A DNA stretch of 64,000 nucleotides, taken from the NCBI GenBank assembly GCA_964016885.1, contig OZ024748.1, positions 41,664,001-41,728,000 on the forward strand. The letters run 5' to 3'. The position numbers and the translations under genes are program-made. This DNA comes from Eledone cirrhosa (Eukaryota). Positions 25,603 through 37,979 of the stretch are shown one piece after another. The stretch's first letter is position 1; each line of letters starts with the position of its first letter. A model generated the notes under the pieces. It saw only the letters and a program-made list of their open reading frames with translations, did not search any database and was not told the DNA's origin.

Positions 25603-27247
25603 TCATCATCACCGTTTTACGTCCGTTCTTCCACACTAGCATGGGTTAGACGGGTTGTCCTGTTGTGGGCAGTGTCTGGTCGGCTGACCATGCCTTGCTC
25701 ATACAGGAACTGATTTGGCTTGATTTCTACAGCTGGATGCCCTTCCTAACACCAACCTCATTTACAGTGAGTGCTGGGTGCTTTTTCGTGGCGCCTACAC
25801 GTCCACTTTACAGTGTGGGCTGGGTGCTTTTTTGCCGTGGCACCTCCACGGCCACCTTGCGGTGGGGGGTGTGGGGGCATATTGTCTATATCCTTCAGCT
25901 TGTACCCATGGGAGGTCGGGTACTTTGTATTACTGCGTGACGCCAGAAGTCACGGTCGTGTGTCATTGTCTTTGAGAGGTGTAATTGGGTAAGGTCGGCT
26001 TTTATCACCTCATCCCAGGTCATCTTGGGTCTCCCCACTCCGCGGTTTCCATCAACTTCTAGTGCTCTGCACCTTTTTATGCAGCTGTCATCCTTCATAC
26101 GCATCACATGTCCATACCAGCGCAACCGCCTCTCCTGCACACAGCATTTGATTCCTCTTATGCTCAGTCTCTCTCTCAATTCATTTATGCTTTGTCATTC
26201 ACGTATATTATTGTTACACATCCATCGGAGCATGCAGGCTTCGTTTCTCTCTAATCTACGTAAGTCTTCCACCTTCAGCGCCCAGGTCTCACTACCATGC
26301 AACATCGCTGTTCGGATACACGCATCATACAGTCTGCCTTTCATTCTGAGGGAGAAGCCTTTTGCAGCTAGCAGTGGTAGTAGTTCCCTAAACTTCTTCC
26401 ATCCCGTTCTTACCCTAGTTATTGCACTTTCTGAACACCCACCTCCGTTGCTAATTCGGTCACCTAGGTAGCAGAAGCTGTCTACTGTTTCTACAGGGCC
26501 CTCCCAGAGATTGGTGGTACTTGTTTCCTGTGGCTGTTTGCTGTCTCAGCACAGCTGCTGCATGTGAATCCTACATTCTTAATTAAGCTTCCTGAGATCC
26601 CGCTACATCTCTTGTGTACCCATTGTTTGCATTTGGGGCAGAGAATGGAGTTCCTACCTACACCTTTCCTACATACTGAGCAAGGCCATTTCCCTGAGGG
26701 GATCTGGGTTCTGTTTTCTCGTCTACTTACAAGGACCTTAGTCTTTGTCATGTTGACTTTGAGACCCTTTCTTTCTAGTCCCTGCTTCCAGGTTTGGAAT
26801 TTATTCTCTAGTTCTACCATAGATTCAGCTATGAGTGCGAGGTCATCAGCATACAGGAGTTCCCATGGGCATCCGGTCTTAAACTCCTCCGTTATTGCCT
26901 GCAGAACTATGATGAACAGGAGAGGGCTAAGAACAGAGCCCTGGTGGACCCCAACCTGTACGCTAAATTCCTCGCTATACTCATTGCTAATCCTAACTTT
27001 GCTGACTGCTCCCCTATACATGGCTTGTACCGCTTTCACAAGCCATTCATCTATTCCTAGTTTTCTAAGAGCCCACCAGATTACAGCACGTGGAACTCTG
27101 TCAAAGGCTTTCTCAAGGTCGACAAATGCCAAGTAGAGTGGCTTACTTTTAGCTAGGTACTTTTCCTGTAATTGCCTCACAAGGAAGAGGGCATCAGTGG
27201 TGCCTCTTCCTGGTACAAACCCAAATTGCATCTCGTCTATTTTCATA
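25603..27247 (-). mobile_element. RTE-clade LINE, 5'-truncated, inserted into the 72-bp satellite
   Basis: RT motifs (QFGFVPGRGTTDA, AFVDLEKAFD, GVHQGSVLSP, LLYADD), Cys-rich WPCSVC...WVHKRC, RRLRWYGHV, a 3' UTR and a (GAT)n tail. Confidence 0.95.
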
Positions 27248-27275
27248 AAATGTAAATTTTGAGAAAATGTAAATA

Positions 27276-28010
27276 TTATATATAGAGAGTAATGTAAATG
27301 TTATGTGAGATATTATGTGAGGTAAAGCCTTTACTGTGAAAATATAATAGTATATATAGAGTAATGTAAATGTTATGTGAGATATTATGTGAGGTAAAGC
27401 CCTTACTGTGAAAATACAATAGTGTATATAGAGTAATATAAATGTTATGTGAGATATTATGTGAGGTAAAGCCTTTACTGTGAAAATATAATAGTATATA
27501 TAGAGTAATGTAAATGTTATGTGAGATATTATGTGAGGTACTGTGAAAATACAATAGTATATATAGAGTAATGTAAATGTTATGTGAGATATTATGTGAG
27601 GTAAAGCCCTTACTGTGAAAATACAATAGTATATATAGAGTAATGTAAATGTTATGTGAGATATTATGTGAGGTATAGCCTTTACTGTGAAAATATAATA
27701 GTATATATAGAGTAATGTAAATGTTATGCGAGATATTATGTGAGGTAAAGCCTTTACTGTGAAAATACAATAGTATATATAGAGTAATGTAAATGTTATG
27801 TGAGATATTATGTGAGGTAAAGCCTTTACTGTGAAAATACAATAGTATATATAAAGTAATGTAAATGTTATGTGAGATATTATGTGAGGTAAAGCCTTTA
27901 CTGTGAAAATACAATAGTATATATAGAGTAATATAAATGTTATATAAGATATTATGTGAGGTAAAGCCTTTACTGTGAAAATATAATAGTATATATAGAG
28001 TAATGTAAAT
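27276..28010. repeat. 72-bp satellite, right part
   Basis: Same unit; ends ~36 nt from the donor at 28046. Confidence 0.96.
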
Positions 28011-28046
28011 GCTAAAGGGTTAAAGAATATGTAGAAGAAGACTGAC

Positions 28047-28185
28047 CTTTAAGCTGTCTAAGTCGAAGTTTAGAGAGTGACCACATAGGATAGCATCTTT
28101 AGGAAGGAGAGTCCGGAACTTGTTCTGAACATCTTTCAATGTAGTACACACCGGCCTCATCATCTCTTCATTGATACCACTGTAT
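28047..28185 (-). CDS. REXO5: REXO5-like exon with ExoII motif: YSGINEEMMRPVCTTLKDVQNKFRTLLPKDAILCGHSLNFDLDSLK
   Basis: Acceptor gctatatttctag|A and donor AAG|gtcagt; 139 nt, phase 2 to 0; GHSLxxDL motif. Confidence 0.96.
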
Positions 28186-28270
28186 CTAGAAATATAGCAA
28201 AAAATAAACAGATATTAATGTGTCTGTGTGTAGATATGTAGGGGTGTATATATATATATCAATGCCTAAG

Positions 28271-31200
28271 TTATCATCATCGTTTAACGTCCATATTCCA
28301 CGCTTGCATGGGTTTGAACGGGAGTTTTCCCACTTGAGGCAAGATTGGTCGTCTCGCTCTCATAGGACTGTCTGGCGGGTTTTCTACAGCTGGATGCCCT
28401 TCCTAACACCAACCACATTTACAGTGTGGAACTGGGAGGTTTTTACCGTGTTACCTACACGGCCACATTACAGCGTGGACTGTGTGTTTTTTTGTCGTGA
28501 CACCTACACGACCTCATTTGTTTCGGGATGGATGTTGTGGTACCAACATAACTTTACATTGAAAGGGGTGGTGTGGATGGGGTGGGAGTAGTGGGACGGG
28601 GGTGTATTTTGTTAGAGGTGCCTACTGACTGTAGTAGGTTTCACTTTGTACTTAGGTAAGGCGGGTCTTCTCTATTACTGTGTAGCGCCAAAGATCTCGG
28701 TCCAGTGACATTGTCTTGGAGAGGTGTAAGTGTGTGAGGTCGGAATTTATCAAGTCGTCCCAGGTTTTTCTGGGTCTGCCTACTCCGTGGCTACCGTCTA
28801 TTTTTATTGCCCTGCACTTTTTTATACAGCTGTCGTCTTTCATGCGCATCACGTGACCATACCAACGTAGTCTTCTCTCGAGTAAACAGCATCTGATCCC
28901 TCTTATTTCTAATTTTTCCCTTAGTTCGTTTATGCTTTGCCGTTCACGTATATTACTATTACACATCCAGCGGAGCATGCAAGCTTCGTTCCTCTCCAGT
29001 CTGCATATATCCTCTGCACACAATGCCCAGGTCTCACTGCCATGCAACATTGCTGTTTGTATGCAGGCATCATACAGCCTGCCTTTCATTTTTAGGGAGA
29101 ACCCTTTAGCAGCTAATATTGGTATAAGCTCTCTGAACTTTTTCCATCCAGTTCTGACTCTAGCTACTGTACTTTCAGAGCACCCTCCCCCACTGCTGAT
29201 TTTGTCACCCAGGAACGGAAGCTGTCCACTATTTCTATAGAACCATCTGTGCAATGGAATGAGCTAGTATTCTGTGGGCACTTGCTGCTACTTATTGCAC
29301 CCGAGCACCGGCCACATATAAAATCTATGTTCTTAGTTAGCTTACCTGTGATCCCACTACATCTTTTATGCACCCATACTTTGCATTTGGGACATAAAAT
29401 GGAGTTTCTACCTACTCCGTTCCTACACACTGAGCATGGCCATTTCCCGGATGGGACCGGCGCCCTATTTTCCTTCCTACAAACTAGAACTTTAGTCTTA
29501 GACAGGTTAATTTTAAGGCCTTTTGCTTCTAGGCCATGCTTCCATGTTTGGAATTTCTTCTCTAGTTCGGCCATTGATTCAGCTATGAGCGTTAGATCAT
29601 CTGTGTATAGGAGTTCCCATGGGCAGCCGGTCTTGAACTCCACTGTTATAGCCTGAAGGGCAATAATAAATAGTAGGGGGCTAAGAACGGAGCCCTGATG
29701 AACAACTTTTACGCTAAACTCTTCATTATATTCGTTGTTAATTCTAACCTTGCTGACTGTTTCTTTATACATGGCTTGTACAGCTCTCACAAGCCATTCA
29801 TCAACACCTAGTTTTCTAAGAGCCCACCAGATAATGGAACGGGGGACTCTGTCGAAGGCTTTCTCCAAGTCGACAAAAGCTAAGTATAGGGGTTTACTTT
29901 TAGCTAGGTACTTCTCCTGTAGTTGTCGTACAATGAAAAGAGCGTCTGTGGTACTTTTACCTGACACAGACCCGAACTGCATTTCATCTAGATCAATTCT
30001 CTCTCTGATTAGTTGTGCTATTACTTTTTCTGTGACCTTCATGACCTTGTAGCAGTTAATGATGATGTTGCTACGCCAGTCCTTCGGAACAACCCCATTC
30101 TGTATGACTTGGTTTACTATCCGGGAGACCATGGTGTGTCCCACCTTTCCAGAAGCTTTCAGCATTTCAGCAACTATTTCCGAAGGCCCAGCCGCCATAC
30201 CCGTCTTCATATCTTTGATTGCCTTACTTATTATACTACCTTCGACTAATACTGCTGGTCCCTCTATTGGGTCGATGTGGGGGAGACTGTCTTTCTCCCA
30301 TTTATTCTCCTCATTTAGTAGCCTTTCGTAGTGACACTTCCAAGCTACCTTCTTATCAGCGTCAGTGATGGCAAGTACACCATCATCATTAAGGACACAC
30401 TTCTCCCCGACAATATCACGGTTTTCCTTGCCACATTGCCTAGCAATCCTGAACACCTCACGTTTTGGGTCCTCGCGTTGTAGAACATGCTTGAACTTTC
30501 TTTCCTCTGCTTCCCTTCTTGCGAAGTACACTTGTCTCCTAGCTTCCCTCCTGGCCACTTGATAGTCTTCTCTACTTCCCCCATCCCGCCATACTTTCCA
30601 AGCCTGCTTTTTGGCCTTAATTGACTCCTCCACCTTACTGTTCCACTACCATGTTACTCTCCTCCTGCCTATAGGCCTGCTCCAGCCACAGACTTCGTCT
30701 GCCGCCATCAGCAGGTTTGCTTTCAGGAATTCCCACTGTTCCTTTATATTGTACGACTCTAAATGCTCTTCCTTACTGTCGAAAGCCTCAAGTAATATGC
30801 TTTTAAATTTATTTCTGGCTGTGGGGTCCTTTAGCTTCCATATTTTCTTCGTGAGGATAGTCCTCTTCTGCTGTCGAGTACGTCTCGTCCTGACTATGAG
30901 GTCACTAATTATCAGTCTATGTTGGGAGGTGCATTCTTCATGGGGGAGGGATTTAGTGTTTACAACAGACACTCTGTCACGTCTTCTGGTAAGGATATAA
31001 TCTACCTGGCTGGTATGTTCTCCTGATCTGTAGGTGATCAAGTGATTGTCTCGTTTTTTGAAGTTAGTGTTACAGATAGTTAGGTTATTTGCGTCACAGA
31101 ATTCCAGGATTCTGGAGCCTTCCTCATTTCTAGTACCAAACCCATAGCCTCCATGGATTCCGTCATAACCGTCACAATGTTGTCAACGTGACCATTTAGG

Positions 31201-31740
31201 TCGCCAGCAATAATTATATAGTCACTGTCGGTTATTTGGGAGGTAGTGAGCATCAGTGTCTCATAGAATCTGTCTTTTATAGTGCCGGGCAGTCCGGATT
31301 GGGGCACGTACGCAGATATTACTGTCACAGTAGTTCTATTTAGAACAAGTCTTATTTTAATTATTCTGTCATTCACTCTATTTACGTCTATTATCTTATC
31401 CACCCATTTTTCTGCTAACATGATTCCTACCCCGCCCAGCCCATTGTCATTTCCCACCCAGAAAAGCTTATAGCATCGTTTTTTACCCACAATGAATCTA
31501 GCAGACCCGCCCCTCCACCTGGTCTCTTGGATACAGCAAACATCAACCTCCTTACGTTCAAGCATTTCTACAACCTCGTTAGAGCAGCCTTTTAAGGTGC
31601 CTACATTCATAGTACCAACTGTGAAGTTTTGGATTGCGTTTGGTGGGTGGGGCGCAGGGAGGGGTGAGGGGGATAGGGTTGGGGTTATGTTGGCCATCCG
31701 CGGCCGCAACAAAGAGGAGGGGGCCTTGCCCTTTCAAGTA
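28271..31740 (-). mobile_element. Near full-length decayed RTE LINE (APE endonuclease + RT)
   Basis: GTMNVGTL, CCIQETRW, AGDLNGHV, SQVDYIL and SQHRL motifs; RT with YTDD in place of YADD; frameshifts and a deletion at NCYK|VMKV; (GAT)n tail at 28271-28281. Confidence 0.95.
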
Positions 31741-31844
31741 TCTGTATGTATGTGAAGTGGATAATCTATTGAGATAAGTTTAAGTTTATTATTATTATTA
31801 TTCGTATCTCCAAATTTTCCGGTTTGCACGAGATTTGTACATAT

Positions 31845-31893
31845 TTATATATATATATATGTGTGTGTATGTATGTGACATGTATGGATGTAT

Positions 31894-31981
<88 letters not shown>

Positions 31982-31995
31982 ATGTATATGTGATG
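31845..31995. repeat. (TA)n/(TG)n microsatellite
   Basis: Visible. Confidence 0.95.
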
Positions 31996-32119
31996 TGAAT
32001 GTTAATATGTAAATGTGTGCGTATAGCCATATTTCCTTCTCATTTCCCACCCACCCTACCTCCTCCACGTTTGGTATACTTGCCCAACGCTGTACAATAA
32101 CCACTCTCTTGTGAATATA

Positions 32120-35100
32120 TTATCGAGCAGACAAGGGGTGGACAGAGGCTCCGTAAGCCGTAATGTAGGCAACCCATCTAGGAGAGCTACCACTCCGAAT
32201 AAATTGGTACGGGGTAGAGAAATCCTCTAAGTCCAATAAGACAACTTCCCTAGTGCTGGTGGCACAAATAAAAGCACCCAGTCCATGCTGTAAAGTGGTG
32301 CTGGTGTTAGGAAGGGCATCCAACCAGTATATATACTAGTGCCAAACACAATGAACACAACGAATTAAATTTGCAACAACTGTGTAAACAGCAATAACAC
32401 TAACCCTGTTAGGGCTGCGTGTGGTAGTGGGGTGGCTGGTGCGGCCATGTGCGAGAATCTCCCGACCGTCATCAAGCAATCGCACAAAAACAACTGCGTA
32501 AACAGCAATAACACTAACCATGTTAGGGCTGCGCAAGGTAGTGGGGTGGCCAGTGAGGCCATGTGTGAGAACTCCACGACCGTCATCAAGCAATCGCACA
32601 ACAGGAAAAAGAACAAGACGTCGCATCTCAGAGTTTCCACACTTAATGTTGGCACTCTAACAGGTAGTTCTGGTGAGATAGCAGAGATGCTGGAGAGACG
32701 GTATGTGGATGTGTGCTGTGTGCAATAAGTGAGATGGAGAGGTGCCTCTGTGAGACTAATCGCAGGCAAACATTGTAGTTATCAGCTTTTCTGGGTGGGT
32801 AATGATGATGGGTTAGGTGGGGGTGAGCATATTACTGGCTGAGAGATGGATCAATAAGACAATAGAGGTAGTTAGAGTCAGTGATAGAATAATTAAACTT
32901 AGATTAGTTGTAGGCAAGAGACTACTGACAATCATCTCTGCCTATGTTCCCCAGGCAGGCCTAGGTAAAGAAGAGAAAGACTGCTTTTATGAGCAACTTT
33001 TACAAATAGCCTCAATGACAGAGACATCGTTATGCTAGCAAGGGACTTCAATCGTCATGTTGGACAGCTCCAGGATGGTTACACTGGGGTACATGGTGGG
33101 CACGGTTACGGCTCAAGAAATGAAGGAGTGAGGCTTCATGAATTTTGTGATGCAAATGTACTAACCATTTGCAACACTAACTTCCAGAAGCCTACCAACC
33201 ACCTAATAACCTACAAATCAGGCTAGCACATAAGCCAGATTGACTTCCTGCTAGTTAGACAGCGAGACAGACAGATGGTGTCAAATACTAAGGCATACTC
33301 TGGGAAAAAATGTACCTCACAGCATAGGTTAGTCATTAGTGATATCTCAGTAAGCAAGAGATGGAATGAGACATACAGGAAGGTGTGGAAAAGAAAGGTC
33401 TGGAAGCTAAAAGACCTTTCATTAAAATATAAATTTAGCAAAGCCCTTCAAGACGTGTATGACGAAAAAGAAGACGATTTAGAGTTGTATGACATAGATG
33501 ATAACTGGAATATCTTACGTGACAACTTACTGCAGGCTACTGAAGAAACTTGTGGTTGGGGCAGAGCTTCAACCAGACAGAGAGTGACCTGGTGGTGGAA
33601 CAGCACAGTAGATAGGGCCATTAGAGACAAAAGACTGGCATGGAAGGCTTGGAAAAATGGTGGGAGTAGGGAAGGATACACAGCCACTAAGAGAGAAGCT
33701 AGACGTCAGTTGTACTTAGCACGCAGGGAGGCTGAGAGTAGGAGATTTGCCAATGTTCTGCAACGGGAAGATCAGAGACGTGCGGTGTTCCACATTGCAA
33801 GGCAGTGTGTCAGTGCAAATCAGGATGTTGTTTGAGATAAGTGTGTCCGAAATAATGCTGGTGTACTTAGTGTCCCGAATGATCAAAAAAAGAAGACCTG
33901 GAAATGTCACTATGAGAGACCCTTGAATGTAGAGAATGAATGGGACAGAGAGGAATTACCCCCAGTAGACCCAACAGAGGGACCAGCTATTGAATTTGAT
34001 GAATATAGGGTACAAGAGGCAATTAAAGAAATGAAGAATGGTAAGGCTGCTGGACCGTCGGCGATAGTTGCTGAGATGCTGAAGGCATCAGGTGAAGTAA
34101 GCATTAAACTGGTTGCACGCATCATCTATCAGGCTTTATATGGCGGTGTCATACCCAAAGACTGGTGCAGCAGTATTCTCATAAATTGTTACAAAGGTAA
34201 AAGGGATGCTCTAGAGAGGAGCAATTATAGGGGCATAAAGCTGATGGATCAGGTTATAAAAGTGGCAGAGAGAATATTAGCGCAACTGATTAGAGAAAGG
34301 GTCAAATTAGATGAGATGCAGTTTGGTTTTGTGCCTGGGAAAAGTACAACAGATGCCCTCTTCATAGTGAGGCAACTACAAGAGAGGTTCTTAGAGAAGA
34401 ATAAGCCACTATACTTAGCTTTTGTTGACCTAGAGAAGGCCTTTGATATGGTACCCCAATCTGGAAACTAGGTGTAGAGGAATGGCTTGTGAGGACAGTG
34501 CAAGCTATGTACAGAGGTGCTGTCAGTAAAGTGAGAGTAGGTATGGAGTTTAGTGAGGAATTCCAGATACAAGTAGGAGTACACCAGGGTTCGATCCTCA
34601 GCCCGCTCTTGTTCATTATCGTCCTCCAAGCCATAACAGAGGAGTTTAAGACTGGCTGTCCATGGGAACTTCTCTATGCTGACGATCTGGTTCTTATAGC
34701 AGAATCAGTAGAGGAGCTGGAGAATAAATTCTGGCTATGGAAACAGCAGTTGGAATCAAGAGGACTGAGAGTGAACATAAGTAAGACAAAAGTGTTGATA
34801 AGTAGAAGATAATACTCCGATTCCATCAGGGAAATGGCCATGTTCAATATGTAAGAAAGGAACTGGCATAAATTCCATAAAATGTACGCAATGCAGATAT
34901 TGGGTACACAAGAGATGTAGTGGGATAGCAGGCAAACTAACAGGTAGGGAAAACTACGTATGCAGTAGATGTACAAGGAAAGTTGGCAGTAGTAATCACA
35001 GTGATAGACACATTTTTCCAATGCAGGTGGGTTCTATAGAAGTGGTTGATAGCTTCCGGTACCTAGGTGATCAAATTAGCATGGGAGGGGGGTGTTCCGA

Positions 35101-35643
35101 GGCCATAGTATCTAGAATAAGGACGGGTTGGAAGAAGTTTAGGGAGCTGCTTCCTTTGTTGACAAAGAAGGGTTTCTCCCTGCGTACGAAATGACAGTTA
35201 TATGATGCTTGTGTGAGATACATGATGCTGCATGGTAGTGAGACATGGGCAGCAACTGCAGAGGATATGCGACGGCTGGAGAGAAATGAAGCAAGTATGC
35301 TCCGTTGAATGTGCAATGTCAATGTGTGTGAACAACCAAGCATAGACGAGTTGAGAAAGAAACTGGGTATAAGAGGGATAAGTTGTGGTGTGCAAGAGAG
35401 AAGGCTGAGATGGTATGGACATGTGATGTGCATGGAAGATGACCGCTGGGTGAAGTGGAGGGAAGACGCAGTAGAGGTAGACCACGTAAAACATGGGCGG
35501 AGGTGGTGAGAGCAGACCTCAGATCGCTGAAACTCACCGCGGAGATGACGAAGGACCGTGACAAGTGGAGAGATGCTGTGCTGAATAGAACCCGTCCCAC
35601 CCTTGCAAGCAGGGAAAAGCAGAGATAAAATGATGATGATGAT
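32120..35643 (+). mobile_element. Near full-length decayed RTE LINE of a second subfamily
   Basis: STLNVGTL, DVCCVQ, DFNRHVG, SQHRL, QFGFVPGKSTTDA, LLYADD and RRLRWYGHV motifs; several stops and frameshifts; (GAT)n tail at ~35631-35643; 5' boundary approximate. Confidence 0.93.
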
Positions 35644-35808
35644 ATATATATATCAATGTCTATGTATATACACATACATATATGTTTACATATACATATA
35701 TACACACGTTTATAAACATATGTGTATATACACATACATATTTATACACAAACATGTTTATATATATACATACATATTTATACACACACATCATCATCAT
35801 ATATATAT

Positions 35809-35888
<80 letters not shown>

Positions 35889-35930
35889 AACGTTTATACA
35901 CACATATATACATATATATATATACATACA
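35644..35930. repeat. (TA)n/(CA)n microsatellite mix
   Basis: Visible. Confidence 0.9.
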
Positions 35931-36030
35931 ACATTAAAACAAGAAAATATAAGATTCAAAACAATTCTCAATAAAAAAAATCAAAAGAAAGACTTTTTAA
36001 ATCCAATCAAATCAATAGTTGCTATCTTAC

Positions 36031-36149
36031 CGAAAGAGATAATCAATGATTTTATGTTTTGGTTTTACCAGAGTATCATAGACAGTTTCCAGCTTCTCAT
36101 TAACTAAAGATACACGCGTTAACGAGTACACACCATCAGAGGTTTTACA
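36031..36149 (-). CDS. REXO5: REXO5-like exon: CKTSDGVYSLTRVSLVNEKLETVYDTLVKPKHKIIDYLFR
   Basis: Acceptor gtttcaatttcag|TGT and donor TCG|gtaaga; 119 nt, phase 0 to 2; LTRVS...YDTLVKP...DY is typical of REX1-family domains. Confidence 0.95.
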
Positions 36150-36193
36150 CTGAAATTGAAACAACAGATTTAGTTCTCTACATAGACATATTT

Positions 36194-36845
36194 ATCATCA
36201 TCATCATCATCATTTAACGTCTATCTTCCATGCTAGCATGGGTTTAGACGGGAATTGTCCCACGTGAGGCAAGATTGGTTGTCTTGCTCGTATAGGACTG
36301 TCTGGTGGGTTTTCTACGGCTGGATGCCCTTCCTAACACCAATCACGTTTACAGTGTGAACTGGGAGGTTTTTACCGTGTTACCTACACGGCCACATTAC
36401 AGCGTGGACTGTGTTTTTTTTGTCGTGACACCTACACGACCTCATTTATTTAGGACTGGATGTTGTGGTACCAACATAACTTTACAGAGAAAAGGGTGGT
36501 GTAGATAGGGGTGGGGGTAGTGGTAGTGGGATGGGGGTGTATTTTTGGTTAGGAGGTGCCTACTGACTGTAGGTTTCGCTTTGTACTTAGGCAAGGCGAG
36601 TCTTCTGTATGACTGTGTAGCGCCAAAGATCTCGGTCCAGTGACATTGTCTTGGAGAGGTATAACTGTGTAAGGTCGAAATTTATCAAATCGTCCCAAGT
36701 ATTTCTGGGTCTGCCTACTCCGTAGCTTCCATCTATTTTGATCACCCTGCACTTTTTTATACAGCTGTCGTCTTTCATGCACATCACGTGACCATACCAA
36801 CGTAGTCTTCTCTCGAGTAAACAGCATCTGATCCCCCTTATTGCT
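36194..36845 (-). mobile_element. 3' fragment of an RTE LINE, same subfamily as 28271-31740
   Basis: Closely similar to ~28271-28910; (GAT)n tail; KKCRVIKIDG...GRPR motif. Confidence 0.92.
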
Positions 36846-36940
36846 AGTTTCTCACTTATGCTTTGCCTAATTTTTATCTAAAGACATTTTTTCCAATTCC
36901 AACCCGCCCGTCCCCTCAATCTATCTTATTTCTCATTCTT

Positions 36941-36976
36941 TCTTCTGATGAAGGACTAGCGTCCGAAACGTTAAGA
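36941..36976 (+). ncRNA. Minimal type I hammerhead ribozyme motif in a Penelope-like pLTR fragment (~36860-37005)
   Basis: TCTT-CTGATGA-A-GGAC(TAGC)GTCC-GAAA-CG-TT-AAGA: core CUGANGA and GAAA, 4-bp helix II, palindromic ACGT helix III, TCTT/AAGA helix I. Confidence 0.65.
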
Positions 36977-37218
36977 CCCTCTTCCTGCTATATCAAGTGT
37001 TAACCTAATATATCCCTTCCATATACAGTACTAATTGTGTTGTTATTTGTTTACATACATATATATATGTGTGTATATATATACTTACAGACACACACAC
37101 ATATATATATAAAGAGAGAGATATATACACATTCATACATATATATATATATGTATATAAATATATATATACATATATATATACATACACATACACACAC
37201 ATATATACATTATATATA

Positions 37219-37613
37219 CGAGGGTAATCCCAAAAGTAAGGACTCCAAAGCGATGGGGACGCAGAGAGACAGTTTGTACGGCTGTTGGCAACACTGTTGT
37301 GATTGGTGCTTCCTTCACTCCCAAACAAGCATGCGCGCGCTTTGCTGGGATGCTCAGTCTTGGCTTGGCAGCCGTTGAGAATGGCTCCCCTTGAACGCTA
37401 CCGCAGCCAAGTGCGAATTTCACGCAGTTATTATATACGAGGGCAATCCCAAAAGTAAGGTCTCCTTCCGAGGAAAACATGTGTACAGATCGGCGGATCA
37501 CTCTGGATGCTCTCTGCACTTTGGTTCCTGAGGTTTCCCGAAGCACCATCCACAGGATTTTAACGGAGAAGTTGCAATATCGGAATTGGACCTTACTTTT
37601 GGGATTGCCCTCA
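37219..37613 (+). mobile_element. Mariner remnant with two left TIRs and one right TIR
   Basis: TA|CGAGGGTAATCCCAAAAGTAAGG at 37219, TA|CGAGGGCAATCCCAAAAGTAAGG at 37438, inverted copy at 37591-37613|TA; transposase fragments AKCEFHAVI and DRRITLDAL...VSRSTIHRILTEKLQYR. Confidence 0.88.
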
Positions 37614-37808
37614 TATATATACATATATATACACACACAATACACAGCTTGTACACATCTCAGTTTACCTGACAATACAACAGTACCACATCAACACAAA
37701 AGCCAAAAGCTAGCTGACAATGAAGAAGACCAAATTACATGTTATCTTCAGATGGTTCTAATTAGTTAACGAACCTATCAAATATCTGTCACTTTAATGA
37801 GCACTCAC

Positions 37809-37894
37809 CATTTCACAGTCCAGACCAAAAATGGGGCTTTTATCGGTAACTTTTTCATAGCTCTCTTTGGAAAAAATATAATCATTGTAAAAGC
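37809..37894 (-). CDS. REXO5: REXO5-like exon with ExoI motif: FYNDYIFSKESYEKVTDKSPIFGLDCEM
   Basis: Acceptor tctttcaatatttcag|GC and donor ATG|gtgagt; 86 nt, phase 1 to 0; SPxFGLDCEM is the REXO5 ExoI signature as I recall it. Confidence 0.96.
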
Positions 37895-37979
37895 CTGAAA
37901 TATTGAAAGATTGAAATACAATTTCTCAGAATTAAACAAATATACAAATATTTAAATAAAACAAATAAAGAAGAAACAA

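Noticed and set aside
24591-27914. MYFHSKGFTSHNISH… repeat proteins
   Set aside because: Translation of the 72-bp satellite; 74-bp variants shift the frame
36031-36149. Catalytic inactivation suggested by SLTR and DYLF where I recall ELTR and DYLT in homologs
   Set aside because: All five DEDDh catalytic residues are present and the frame is intact; significance cannot be judged without an alignment
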